Positions 37,675-50,994 are shown, numbered from the stretch's first letter. The stretch is 61,124 nucleotides of DNA from Octopus sinensis (GCF_006345805.1 NW_021832395.1:1-61124), one strand, 5' to 3'. Notes: generated by a model not told the origin, from the sequence alone. Numbers and translations: made by a program.

Positions 37675-39129
37675 CAACAGTCTTTGAGACTCATATTGTC
37701 GTGGAATACTCAAAATGAGGAGTAGATAGACAACCGACAACTGTCCTGTTCTCCATTTTTTTCTCGTTGTTTACGTATTTTACTCAATGTTTGAACCGTT
37801 AGTGACGTCCTGTACCAATATATGCACGTATATATATATATATATATATAATAATATATATATATAGATATAGTATATTATCTACTATATATACATACAT
37901 ACACTTATACATGCATACATACATACATACATACATACATACATACATACATACATACATACATACATACATACATACATACATACGTACATACATACAT
38001 ATATGCATGCATACATACATGTATGCAGAGAGAAGACAGACAGGTAGATAGACAGATAAACAGATATATAAGTCATTATTATTATTATGAAATTATGTAT
38101 GTATATATATATATATATATATATACACGTACACAAACATACATACAAACACACACATACAAGCATATATATATATATATATATATACATACATATATAT
38201 ACATATATATACACACTCTCAGTCACAGACACACATATGTATCGTAATAAAATGAACGAAAGTTATATCCACCACAACTTACAATGCATAACACGCTGTC
38301 TATTACTTCCTTTTGTATGTGTGTGTATGCTTACATATGTATGTATACATAACATATACACACATAATATATGTGGGGTGTGGGTATAATAATAAAATGG
38401 ACAAAGTTTCCTCTATCCTTCCCGCTTCAACTCAAAAAAAAAACTGAAAAATATTTATATGGTGGTTTGGAAATATGTACACTACAAGTGTATAAATGTT
38501 TTTACAACTGTTAAACATGGCGACGAATAATATTTTTGAAAAAAGACAGCAAGGAAAGAATAGAAGAAAATAGAAAGAAAAAAAACGATGAATGAGAGAG
38601 AGCGAGCGGGGGAGAAAGTGGGAAGGTTATAAACATGCCATATAGTCATTTAGCAACACAGATAAAACATTTTTCACCACCAGTAACAATATGAATTGAC
38701 TATTGAAAGATAGTACTAAGTCGTGTTCTATGCAGTGTGTTTGGTGTCGTAATGACCATAAATATTCCAAACGACTTTCTAAACATGGCCGTATATGTTT
38801 CTGAAAAAATGAACAAAAACGAAAAGAAAAAAAAAAAGGAACCACGTTTAAAAGTGTCATATTGTGTTTTGATGTTAGTTGAGAGGTTTGTTTTATTGTT
38901 TTTGTCAGTTTATTATTTTTGTTTTCCTCTTATTTTGCTGCTCCGTTCATAGATGTAACTATTTTTTATATTATTGCTCCTGTGTCATTGACGCCTTGTT
39001 TTCATGATATACATTCAGTCATACACTCATAAATACAAACATAACATACACACATGCATACATAGATAGTTACACATGTATATATATATTTATATATACG
39101 CGAGAAAGAAGCAACAAGAATGGATAGGT

Positions 39130-39220
39130 TTTTAGTACGATCGTTTCATACAAGGACAGGTTTTATTAAAAGTTGCAAAGATTACAGCATATAAACTAGT
39201 CCCGTACTCATCAGCTAAAA
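39130..39220 (-). ncRNA. Type-I hammerhead ribozyme (mirror copy)
   Basis: Exact reverse complement of 39894-39984. Confidence 0.8.
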
Positions 39221-39893
39221 TACATGTAAGTTCTCTAGACATCCTAGTGTTTGAGGCTATACTCATGAAGTAATGTAGATAATTAAACAGATTTCTAAAG
39301 TTCATTAAAGTTCCTTAAAGATGATGTATAGTCTTATCACAGAATTTTAAAAAAGTTTTGATAGCATCACAGAGAAGGTGACCTAATCCATATGAATTTC
39401 CATAGATATGATGAGGGATTATATACTCACAGAAGACAAATTTATCCATTGTTATTAGCATTACAGAGAGGGTGAATTAATCCTTTGTATATATGCACAG
39501 ATTCCAATGGTGTAGATGTAAATTTCCAGAGAAATGGAGATGAATTTCATATTCACAGGCGATAAATTTTACAATGGTTGAACACAATGAGGTAGGTACC
39601 AATCCTTGTTATATGATTAGGTGTTTGCCATATTAATCACACTACTGCTATTCACAAGAGGCTGTATGGATAAATTTGTCTTCTGTGAGTATATAATCCC
39701 TCATCATATCTATGGAAATTCATATGGATTAGGTCACCTTCTCTGTGATGCTATCAAAACTTTTTTAAAATTCTGTGATAAGACTATACATCATCTTTAA
39801 GGAACTTTAATGAACTTTAGAAATCTGTTTAATTATCTACATTAATTCATGAGTATAGCCTCAACACTAGGATGTCTAGAGAACTTACATGTA

Positions 39894-39984
39894 TTTTAGC
39901 TGATGAGTACGGGACTAGTTTATATGCTGTAATCTTTGCAACTTTTAATAAAACCTGTCCTTGTATGAAACGATCGTACTAAAA
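39894..39984 (+). ncRNA. Type-I hammerhead ribozyme, canonical core, long stem II, palindromic stem III
   Basis: UUUUAG-CUGAUGA-GUACGGGAC...GUCCUUGUAU-GAAAC-GAUC-GUA-CUAAAA; stem I UUUUAG/CUAAAA; ACGAUCGU palindrome; predicted cleavage after 39978. Confidence 0.8.
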
Positions 39985-40170
39985 ACCTATCCATTCTTGT
40001 TGCTTCTTTCTCGCTTATAATCACCCCACATTACTGTATTGTTAAATCAGTATAGTTTTTTTTTGGTGCATCTAAGTTAGGTACCATATTCAAGTAAATT
40101 TTTTAAATTAACTTTGAATCTTATTGCTCTTTGAAATATTTATATATATATATTATATATATTATATATA

Positions 40171-40221
<51 letters not shown>

Positions 40222-40267
40222 CATGTATATGTATGAATTGTTTAAAGTGATGTACAGATTTTATATA

Positions 40268-40470
40268 TTAAGAAAAAGGAGGTTGTCAGAAATATGCAAA
40301 ATTCTTTATTAGCGCTTTCGTCCCATTCATGGAAACTCTTTAGATATAAGTTTTACAGAAAATTTCTTTGCCTTTTATACTATAAAACTTATATCTGATG
40401 TGTTTCCATTAACGGGACGAAAACGCTAATAAAGAATTCTCCAAAATTCTGAATACCTCCCTTTTCTTAA
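40268..40470. repeat. Older fold-back cassette (arms ~40268-40355 / ~40383-40470) with degenerate hammerheads
   Basis: Plus CUGAUGU-GUUUCC..GGGAC-GAAAACGCUA; minus CUAAAGA-GUUUCC..GGGAC-GAAAGCGCUA; two-arm consensus CUGAnGA...GAAAGCGCUA. Confidence 0.75.
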
Positions 40471-40497
40471 TGCATGCATATATACATATGTATACAT

Positions 40498-40545
<48 letters not shown>

Positions 40546-40565
40546 ACACACACACATATATATAT

Positions 40566-40931
40566 GAGTGACTGTGTGGTAACTAGCTTGCTTACCAACC
40601 ACATGGTTCTGGGTTCAGTTCCACTGCGTGGCACCTTGGACAAGTGTCTTCTACTATAGCTTCGGACCAACCAAAGCCATGTGAGTGGATTTGGAAACTG
40701 AAAGAAGCCCATAAATATATGTATGTATAAATGCATGTATGTATGTATGTATGTATTTATTTATGTATGCATATGAGGGGTTTCTTTCAGTTTCTGTCAA
40801 CCAAATCCACTCAGAAGGTCTTGGTCGGCTTGTGGCTATTAACAGAAGGCATTTGTCCAAGGTGCCACACAATATGACTGAACCATACGGTTGGCAAGCA
40901 AGTTTCTTACCATTCAGTCAAGCCTGCGCCT
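40566..40931. mobile_element. Two family-A SINE 5' halves in convergent orientation
   Basis: 40566-40710 plus; 40778-40931 minus. Confidence 0.82.
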
Positions 40932-41293
40932 AAGGCAGGATTAATTCAAAAGCGATCTGAATCAATAAGCGTTACATCTGACAGCATAATCTGAATGTTA
41001 AAGAGATGAGGTTGTTTTCCACTACGTCCCTAAAATCTTTCTGTGGTTTCTATCTCAGGCGTTTACAACGTTTTAGTTCCCTACAAAACAACTGCTTGGG
41101 TAACTTTTTTTATCGCCCAAACCAGAATGGTGTCCAGTCCAATGCGCCTGGTAGCATACGAGGAGCATTTCAATACTTGAAGAACAGCGGTGTCGTCTGG
41201 TGTTAGATATGCATACACACACACACACACACACACACAGACACACACACACCACACACACAAACATTATTATATACTATATATATATATATA

Positions 41294-41668
41294 CACTTGC
41301 GTCAGAAATTAATTAGCACTTCTCAATTTCTACATTAAATAGGTTAAATCAATTAACCTTATGAGCTGTTCAAAACGTCTTACGCGATGAGAAAACTTAG
41401 TATGGTGTGATTTCGGTCCTTGCGAGGCGCTACCTATATCTATTAAACAAAGGAAGATTTGTTGCATCCGCACTCCAAGTTGTTGCACTGCTATGTCAAC
41501 ATCATAAGGCTGTAGACTCTCAAATGCTCTGCAAACAAAGGTACGTCATCGTTCTGCGCAACAGTGAACTCGCAACAAAGCAATAGTTCGAGATATGGCC
41601 ACTAGGTGACAGCACATACCTTGAGTGAAGAGCAAATCAAGGGTGCTAATTAATTTCTGACGGGAGTG
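41294..41668. mobile_element. Tc1/mariner-type MITE, 26-bp TIRs, TA TSD
   Basis: TA-cacttgcgtcagaaattaattagcac ... gtgctaattaatttctgacgggagtg-TA (2 mismatches). Confidence 0.88.
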
Positions 41669-41704
41669 TATATATATATATATATATATATACATATATA
41701 TATA

Positions 41705-42095
41705 CAGGAGTGGTTGTGTGGTAAGTAGCTTGTTTACCAACCACATGGTACCGGGTTCAGTCCCACTGCGTGGCACCTTGGGCAAGTGTCTTCTACTATA
41801 GCCTCGGGCCGACCAAAGCCTTGTGAGTGGATTTGGTAGACGGAAACTGAAAGAAGCCTGTCGTATATATGTATATATATGCGTGTGTGTGTTTGTGTGT
41901 CTGTGTTTGTCCCCCTAGCATTGCTTGACAACCGATGCTGGTGTGTTTATGTCCCCGTTACTTAGCGGTTCGGCAAAAGAGACCGATAGAATAAGTACTG
42001 GGCTTACAAAAGAATAAGTCCCGGGGTCGATTTGCTCGATCAAAGGCGGTGCTCCAGCATGGCCGCAGTCAAATGACTGAAACAAGTAAAAGAGT
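41705..42095 (+). mobile_element. SINE family A (young copy)
   Basis: Near-consensus full-length match. Confidence 0.93.
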
Positions 42096-42165
42096 ATATA
42101 TTGATAGAAACCGTAAGACAACAAAAGAAAGAAAGAGACTTCGATATTATGTAAATAGAGGAATT

Positions 42166-42397
42166 TATCTGTAAATGTAATATGTGACAATTATTCAGTA
42201 GCCATGATAAAACACCGAGTTTCGGATGTCGGAATGGAAATCCACGCCGCCATCTCTTCAGTTATCCGGACATCGGAAAAAATGCTATCCGATGGCCGGA
42301 TAACTGAAGCGATTGCGGCGTGGATTTCCACCCTGACATCCGAAACTCGGAGTTTTATCATGGCTGCCGAATAATTGCCACATATCACATTTACAGG

Positions 42398-42399
<2 letters not shown>
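42166..42399. mobile_element. Fold-back cassette, 112-bp arms (42166-42277 / 42288-42399), 10-nt loop, abutting (TA)n; hammerhead in each arm
   Basis: Minus 42206-42266: GAUAA-CUGAAGA-GAUG..CAUCC-GAAACUCGGUGUU-UUAUC; plus 42299-42359: GAUAA-CUGAAGC-..-GAAACUCGGAGUU-UUAUC. Confidence 0.85.
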
Positions 42400-42433
<34 letters not shown>

Positions 42434-42603
42434 TGCTCACACACACACATACACACACACCACACACACACACACACACACACGCACATAACTATTGCCG
42501 GTTTATAGGGTTACGCAGGGTTGCGCTCTCATAAAGCTCTTAGCTTTACAATGTCTCAGTAACCTACAGTGTGCTTCTCTTTCGGATTTGCGATTTACTG
42601 ACG

Positions 42604-42639
<36 letters not shown>

Positions 42640-43085
42640 CCGATATGTCGTATTTTAATCGGAGTTTCTGTAACATTATTCTTATATTTGGTTGTGCAAG
42701 AGGAATTAAAGTCAGATTCCCTAGAGCAAAGCATGAAATAATATTGTTTGATTGACGGATGTGGAGCATTGATAAAAGGCCAGACAAAATACCTCACGGT
42801 ACTCTATGTTCGTTGCTTTCGTTTCAGCGTAGTTGACTTTGAAGTTCGCTAATCAAAGGATCACTAAAACGAGTGGAAATGTCGAAATAATCGAATGTAT
42901 AATTTGGTGGCCTTCTTGCCTGCGCAGATAATTCAGTACCATTGATTCTTGATCTTAGTATTCCAATAGTGTATTATTTTATCAACCCTGGTGTGATTAA
43001 AGGAGTAAGTGACTCAGAACGTAATATGTCAGAACTCAGAATGTTAGGTGTTTTATGGTATTAATTGCAGTACTATACGTTCTGT

Positions 43086-43404
43086 GGAGGTGCAATGGCC
43101 TAGTGGTTAGGGCAGCGGACTCGCGGTCGGAGGATCACGGTTTCGATTCCCAGACCGGGTGTTGTGTGTGTTTATTGAGCGGAAACACCTAAAAGGTCAA
43201 CGAGGCTCCGGCAGGGGGTGGTGGCGACCCCTGTTGTACCCTTTCGCCCTTACTTTCTCTCATGCTTTCTTCCTGTTTCTTGAGTAACGCTGCGATGGAA
43301 TGGCGTCCCGTCCACTGGGAGGAACACACACGCCATAGAAACCAGGAAACCGGGCCCTTGGGCCTGGATAGGCTTTAAAATAGCGCATAATTAAATTTTA
43401 GAAA
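43086..43404 (+). mobile_element. SINE family C inserted into an old family-B SINE, 13-bp TSD
   Basis: TSD actatacgttctg (43072-43084) / actatatgttctg (43405-43417); head ggaggtgcaatggcctagtggttagg...ggtttcgattccc. Confidence 0.88.
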
Positions 43405-43615
43405 ACTATATGTTCTGAGCTCAAATTTCACCGAAGTCAGTTCCGTGTATAATCCACCGTACGTCGATAAAAACAGTACCAGTCAAGTATAGGGGTCCAG
43501 GGTATGGACTAATTCCCGTAATTCTCACAAAATTGCTGGCCTTATGCTTAAATAAGAACGCATTATATGCCTAACGAATTAGTACATAAGAAACATGTTA
43601 TACGGCATTTGTTAT

Positions 43616-43830
43616 GCGGCGAGCTGGCAGAATCGTTAGCACGCCGAGCGAAATGCTTTGCGGTATTTCGTCTGCCGTTACGTTCTGAGTTCAAATTACG
43701 CCGAGGTCGACTTTGCCTTTCATCCTTTCAGGGTCTATATATTAAGTACTAGTGAAACACTAGGGTTGATGTAATCGACTAGTCCTCTCCCCCGAAATTT
43801 CAGGCTTTGTACCTTTAGCAGGAAGAATTA
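43616..43830 (+). mobile_element. SINE family B (alternative tail)
   Basis: gcggcgagctggcagaatcgttagc head; ctcccccgaaattt...ggctttgtacc tail. Confidence 0.9.
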
Positions 43831-45804
43831 TTATTATTACTGAAATGCAGGAAAGGCAAGGTAGCTAGGCTAAGTGAACAGACTGCATTGACGATTGATT
43901 ACATATCTCAAGAAGGATATTAGTCACTCAGACTTCCAGAAATAGCTGTCGTATTTCTCCCAAATCACACCCTGCCGTCATTAGAAAAAAAAAGGAAGAA
44001 AGAAAAGAAAAGTAGAAGAGAAAAGACACGTTGAATTATGTAGTCAAGAGAATATGCTATGCTTAGAAAACGAACGTCGAGGATATCTCTGATATCTGAA
44101 CGGTTTATTTAGGGCTGACATTGAGCTAAACAAAAATCACAAACACACACACAAACACACACAAAGTCATACACAAATACATGCATGCATATCTGCGTGT
44201 ATGCGTGTGTGTTCACTATACATCTATTTCAAATTTTAATTACCAAATTCCCAAAGCGCCAGAATCTCCCCAAAGTTTTGGGTCGTTAATTCCTTCCATA
44301 AATAATATACTTCAGTTCTTCAAAAGTACATTGCTATGCTTATTCATTCAATATTATTGCCTTTTTGAAAATATACTGGTGACTCTGTGTCTACTGTACT
44401 CGGGTCTTTAATCCACATTCTTTAGAGATATGCTTTAATACAATTAATCTCTTAATAATTTCATTTAACACAGGATAATTAACTAAATATTTTTCTCTCT
44501 CTAAGAGAAATACCATGTCGGATACGACGACGAATATTCGATCTGTTTGGCTTATGTGGCAAGATATATCAACGCTAAAATTTACGTTGAGAAAGCCAGT
44601 ATAAGACTTTAACATCCTGGTGCAATAAACTTACTGCTCCTGTGTATGATGAGAAGATAACGCCAGTTTATACGCTTTTCTTTTCAGTTACAAAATTTAG
44701 ACATACGATTAATACGTTAGGGTCTCGCATTTATAAATTAGGAACTTTTAACATTTCAATAAACGTAAAGAGTGATGCACATACATACATACAAACATGG
44801 TACATAGTTACATAACACACACACACACAGATATGTACACACAAGGAAACAGAGGTGCATATATATATATATATACAAACACATGCTCACACACACATAC
44901 ATAGAAAATACACAAACACAGACAGGCAAGCACATAAATATGCAGGATACGTACATACAGATGCACACACATACATACATATATACATATGCATACACAC
45001 ACACACATACATACGTACATGCATGCATGCATAGGCACACACACACACACACACTGACCCACACACATGCGCACAAACAAACAAAAGGGAACGCAGTCTA
45101 AATAACGGACAGAGTCAAGACTATTGAAAAGGTTGCAACACGCAACGAAAATTTTAGAAAATAAAAATAAATAAGTGAAAATTTTACCAGTGTGTGTGTT
45201 AAATAATAAGGCACAAAAAGAAAATGACTCTCCCCAGACACAACAGAATAAATGTAAAATTATCTAAGTAATTTGTAGATAAAAACACCCACCGTGGGTA
45301 TCTAAAATCTAAAATTAATAAATAAGGAAGATAACTGCAAGAAAATCAGGAAATGTTGTTTGATAGTTACAAATAATACAGATGAAAGTGAAACAGGTAT
45401 TCAAAGACAAATGGTGGTAAAAATTGATTAAGATGTTAAGTCATGGATAAAGAGGAATTTAGTTAACGTTTCTCACAATTCACTCTACCGTCTCCATTAA
45501 ATGAACTTCTGGCGAGATTCGATGGACTTAAACATGCCCACAATTGTTTCAGATTGCAAATATATAACAAATTGCTGTTTCTCTATGTATGTACATGAAC
45601 TTTGCGAAATTGATTCTTAAATTATTTCATATGGCATTTATTAACACTTTCCTCGGCGATATTGTTTTCTTCCTCCTAATTAGAGAGTGGAAGACTTGGG
45701 TCTAGCGAAAACCAAAACTGGGCAACTGCAATCTAAAATGATGACAAACACTCACCCTAAGCACACGATTTGCAATGCAGTTGATGGCATTTCTTTGCTA
45801 GTAA

Positions 45805-46041
45805 GAAGGCGGTGATCTGGCAGAAACGTTAGCACGCCGGGCGAAATGCTTAGCGGTATTTTGTTTGTCGCTACGTTCTGAGTTCAAATTCCGCCGAGGT
45901 CGACTTTGCCTTTCATCCTTTCGGGGTCGATATATTAAGTACCAGTTACGCACTGGGGTCGATGTAATTGACTTCATCCGTTTGTTTGTCCTTTTTTGTC
46001 CCCTTCGTGTTTAGCCCCTTATGGGTAGTAAAGAAATAGGT
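45805..46041 (+). mobile_element. SINE family B, full length, 16-bp TSD
   Basis: TSD atttctttgctagtaa at 45789-45804 and 46042-46057. Confidence 0.93.
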
Positions 46042-46264
46042 ATTTCTTTGCTAGTAACGTAAAGAGGATTACTGGCAGCGAAGAGAAACTGTGTCTTTAT
46101 GGATGGTCGAGGTATCAAGGAGAACGAACTACTTGGTGTATTCTAGAGGATGTATCGGGTCAGACAAGCCATTAGAAATAGGCAGATATATCTACTTTAA
46201 ATTATGGCTCGTAGTTTTACATGGTATAAAGACAAAGTGGATATTGTATGTCTACGCATGTTTT

Positions 46265-46915
46265 TACCATTTATTATTTATATGTTTCAGTCGTTGGATT
46301 GTGGCCATACCGGGGCACCGCCCAGAAGAATTTTAAACGAACCGATTGAATTTAGTACTAAATTTCTTTCAAGTCAGGTATTTCTTCTGTAGTAGTTTTA
46401 CCGAAGCATTAAGGTATGAGGACATAAACAAAAGCAATACTAGATGTCAAACTGACACAACGACACACACAACAATATGTCAAGCCGACACGCACATACA
46501 CATATGTGTGTATGTATGTGTGTGTGTGAATGTGTATTTGTGTGTGTGTGTGTGTGCGCGCGCATCTGTGTTTGTTTCCTCACCATCGCTTGACAACAGA
46601 TGTTGGTGTGGTTATGTCCCCGTAAACTAGCAGTTCGGCAAATGGACCCAATAGAATAAGTACCAGGCTTACAAAAATAAATTCTAGGGTAGATTTTTTT
46701 CGACTAAAACCCTTTAAGGCGGTGCTCCAGTATGGCCGCAGACACATAACTGAAACAAGTAAAATACTAGAAGAATATACATATTTATAAATAGACTCAC
46801 AAGGAATTGGTCGGGCCAGGGGTTATAATAGAAGAAAATTGCCCAATGTACTGCTTAGTGGGACTGAACCTGGAACCATGTTCTTTTGATGCAAGCTTCT
46901 TACCACACAAACATG
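46265..46915. mobile_element. Nested, degenerate family-A SINE pieces (minus/plus/minus)
   Basis: 46265-46480 minus; 46565-46770 plus; 46795-46915 minus. Confidence 0.7.
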
Positions 46916-47229
46916 CTACTGGAAAATTAAACGATAAAATATATAATCTAAGGGTGGTGTCAAAGGTTTAAATTGTTATTCTCTATGTACTTATATCTTT
47001 GCAGCCATTTGGTCGAAATAAGTTTTTCAAGGTGTTGTGTAGTGAGATCGACCTTGTAACCACACTGTTACAAACATAGCTCTGTAACAATACATATTAA
47101 ACGTACACCTGTCTCTATATAAATCTTATATAGATACTCGAACATATACGTTAATACAAACTTACCAATCTATCTATCTATCCACCCATCTTGCTCGCTT
47201 TCGTTCGCTGTGTGTGGATATATGTGTGT

Positions 47230-47261
<32 letters not shown>

Positions 47262-47444
47262 TACCTAAACTCTCGCTTCTTTTATGCCTCCTCTCTCTCT
47301 CTCTCTCTCTCTCTTCCTCTGTGTATCTCTATATCTTTCGCTTTCTCTTAACTTTCCGTCTATGTATCTGATTTCTCTCATTCATTTAAAATGACAAACA
47401 TTAATGGATTTTGTCTTTCTAGCCTTTTATAAACACCAATATCT

Positions 47445-47486
<42 letters not shown>

Positions 47487-47901
47487 CACATACACACACA
47501 CACACAAACACACACACATGGACAGATGACTACGATTTGACACGCCGACAGACAGGCAGATAGGAAGAGTTTCAAGATTAATTCTAGGGAAAATGGAATA
47601 AAAGTTGGTTGGTACAAAAGATATATAGTAACTCAACATATAATACTTATACAGGCTGCCTTCTAACTTAATTGATGACCACACACACACACACATGAAT
47701 TTGGACATTCGCACATCTACACATTCACAATTGCACGCACACACTCATACACAGAATATATAATATTAGTATATATATATATATATATATCTATATATAT
47801 ATATATTTTTACATATATATATACATCAAATATATATATGTATACATACAAATATATATATATATATATACATACATGTATATGTATGCATATACGGTAT
47901 A

Positions 47902-47939
<38 letters not shown>

Positions 47940-49491
47940 TATATATATATACATATGTTATTGAGTGAGTGCATACACATAGCTTTGTGTTTAAAATCCG
48001 TACGTCCATATGGATGTATTATAAATACACCCACTCCCGCAGATACACACACACGCGCGCACGCGTAAACACACATGTGTGTATGCATATATGTGTATGT
48101 ATGTACGCATGTATATACGTATATATGTATGTATATGGCTGTAGGTGCATGTGTGTAAAGAAATAGAGGGAGAAATGGAGAGAAAGAAAGAAAAAAATAA
48201 GGAAAGAAAGAAAGAAAGAAAGAAAGAAAGAAGAAAGAAAGAGGGAGTTTCTGTAGTCGAGTATTCTGGCACGCTTGGATTCAAACACATATTTAACATT
48301 ATGTGTCATATGAGATTTGACAACAGACTCGAGTTGAATAATTGAATATCAAAACCAGAACCAAAAGAAACAAAGACAAAATAATAAATGGAATGGCATT
48401 AGATATGTGGTGTGTGTGTGTTTGTTAGTTTGTGCTTTTACACACACACAAACACATACACATACACACACAAACATACACACAAACACACATACACACA
48501 TACACACACATGTATATGTATGCATGTAAGTATGTATGTACATACATATATGTATATATATATATGTCTATATATATATGTGTGTGTGTGTATGTTTATA
48601 TACATACATATATATGTATGCCATGGATGTATAAACATATATATATATATATATACATATGTGTGTGTGTGTTTGTGTGTATGTATGCATGTAAATATAT
48701 ATGCATGCATGCTTGTATGTATATATGTTAGTATATGTATGTTTAAATGCAAGCATGTATGTATGTATGTAAGTATGTATGTATGTATGTATGTATGTAT
48801 GTATGTATGTATGTATGTATGTATGTATGTATATATGTATGTATGTATGTATGTATGCATGTATGTATATATGTATGTATGTATGTGCTTGTGTGCGTGT
48901 GTATGTGTGTATGTATGTATGTATTTATGTTTGTGTATGTATATAAAGCATATTTATTAACTTAGACGTATGTATCATAGCAGTACGTTGAGGTGTACGG
49001 GACAGAGTGAGAGAGAGAGACAGGCAGAGAGACAGAGACAAAGACACAGAGAGAGAGACAAGCAGACAGAGAGGCAGGCAGAAAGACAGACAGTGACAGT
49101 GTGAGAGAAAGAGTGAATTAAGTGAAGAGCACGATGAAAATAAAAAAAAATAATACGGACAAGAAAAGAAAGGTATAAAAAAAACAGACGGAAGACATAA
49201 AACAAAAACGAGGCTAAATCATGGACGCCACTTGTATCAGCTTCCGGTGTTGAGACAAGTTCTGAGCGGAACAGGACGGTAAAGCCCCATATCGGATGAA
49301 AGTCGAGATGAACAGGAAAGGAATATGAGAGGCAGGTAATACGTGTTGTGAGTATGATAGGGGAGAGAGAAAGGAGAAAAGTAGAGAAAGGGAGGGGAAA
49401 AAACGAGAAAACGAGAGAATACAATGAAGTGAGAAGGATGAGAAAGGGTGTACGATTACAATGAAAAATTATATATATATACTATATATAT

Positions 49492-49525
<34 letters not shown>

Positions 49526-49531
49526 ATATAT

Positions 49532-49600
<69 letters not shown>

Positions 49601-49887
49601 CAGACAGACAACAGAGTGAGGGAAAGTGTGCATTCGTGTGAAGGAAAGAAAAAGAATATATGTTGTCTTTGTTACACGTTACTACTTTCAGATTTTTGAC
49701 AGTGACCATACTGGAGCAGTACATATGTGTGAGTGTGTGTGTGTGTGTGTGTGGTATGTGTGTGTGTTGTGTGTGTGTGTGCGAGTGTATATGTATGTAT
49801 ACATCAATATATAAACACACATATATACAGATATACGCTGATATATATTAGGAGATGCACATACACATACATACATACATACACACA

Positions 49888-49927
<40 letters not shown>

Positions 49928-50133
49928 TGTGCGTATATGCCTCTTTGAGACAGAGAGAGAGGAGAAAAAAGTGGAAGAGAGAGAGAGAGAGACACACACA
50001 CAGAGACTGAGACAGATTGAGAAATAGATAAATAGATCGATGAAGTAGGAAATAGACAGGCAGACAGATTAACAGACAGATAGACATACTGAGAGAGAGA
50101 GAGAGAGAGAGAGAGGCAGACACATAGATAGAC

Positions 50134-50208
<75 letters not shown>

Positions 50209-50699
50209 AAGCTTTGAATGAAGAAGAAATGTTTTGAACGTGATAAACAATCTTTTTGTGTGTGTGTATATATATGTATGTGTTTGTTTACCGCGATGTA
50301 TGAAACACCTATTCTCGCACTTTTCCTTTTGTAATTATACACACACAATATCTAATATTGTGTGTGTATGTGTGTGCGTGTGCGTGTGTGTAGGAACCAG
50401 GGAACTTAGGGGATGTGACACTGAGTATTGACATGTTACCACGTGATCTGTTGATACAAAATACGAAAACAATACACCGGTCTGATTAAAAAGGAAATGA
50501 CTTAGAGTAACAGATATGTAAAAGATAGATGGACACGTGTGTTTTTGCTTGTGCGTGTGCGTATACATATACACACCTCCACAAACCCTTACACGTATTT
50601 ATTGTATGTTTATGTTTTTATGCGTGGTATGTTAATGGTATATCTGGATATAGGATATAGGAGCGGGTGAGCGCGTGTATAAATGCATGATGTTTTAAC

Positions 50700-50960
50700 A
50701 GGCCTGTGTTAACCTAGTGATCAGGCCGATGGACCCGCGATCGCTAGATAACGGGTTCGATTACCCTAACTGTACGGGGTGTTGTGTTCTTGACAAGAAC
50801 GCTTCATTTCACTTCGCTCCAGTTACCCTTCGATCAGTAGGTAATGTTGGCCTCTTCGTCTAGCCAGCGGAATAGCGTCCTTTGAAGGCTAAAACAAAAC
50901 AAGATGCGCATTGTGACCAGTGATGTGTAACAACACGTGATCGGTCACGTGGTCACGTGA
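50700..50960 (+). mobile_element. SINE family D with cacgtg-repeat tail
   Basis: ggttcgattacc...gttgtgttcttgacaagaacgcttcatttcac; tail gaaggctaaaac...gtcacgtggtcacgtga shared with 8545-8650 and 58370-58468. Confidence 0.75.
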
Positions 50961-50994
50961 TATATATATCTATCTATCAATCTATCTGTCTGTG

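Larger units (their letters stand above)
39100..40014. mobile_element. Young fold-back cassette: 350-bp inverted arms (39100-39449 / 39666-40014) with 216-bp spacer; PLE-type terminal structure
   Basis: By eye the arms differ by 1 substitution and 1 single-base indel; left end abuts a TA-rich tract; each arm carries a hammerhead. Confidence 0.92.

Noticed and set aside
39100-40014. Reading the long inverted repeat as a DNA-transposon MITE with TIRs
   Set aside because: No clear TSD; hammerheads in the arms and unequal extensions in related cassettes fit PLE-type inverted termini better, though a foldback DNA element is not fully excluded
43086-43160. tRNA-like sequences with A/B boxes (also 8780-8852, 58803-58875 and family A heads)
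   Set aside because: They continue into multi-copy SINE bodies with tails and TSDs; no clean cloverleaf, so SINE heads rather than tRNA genes
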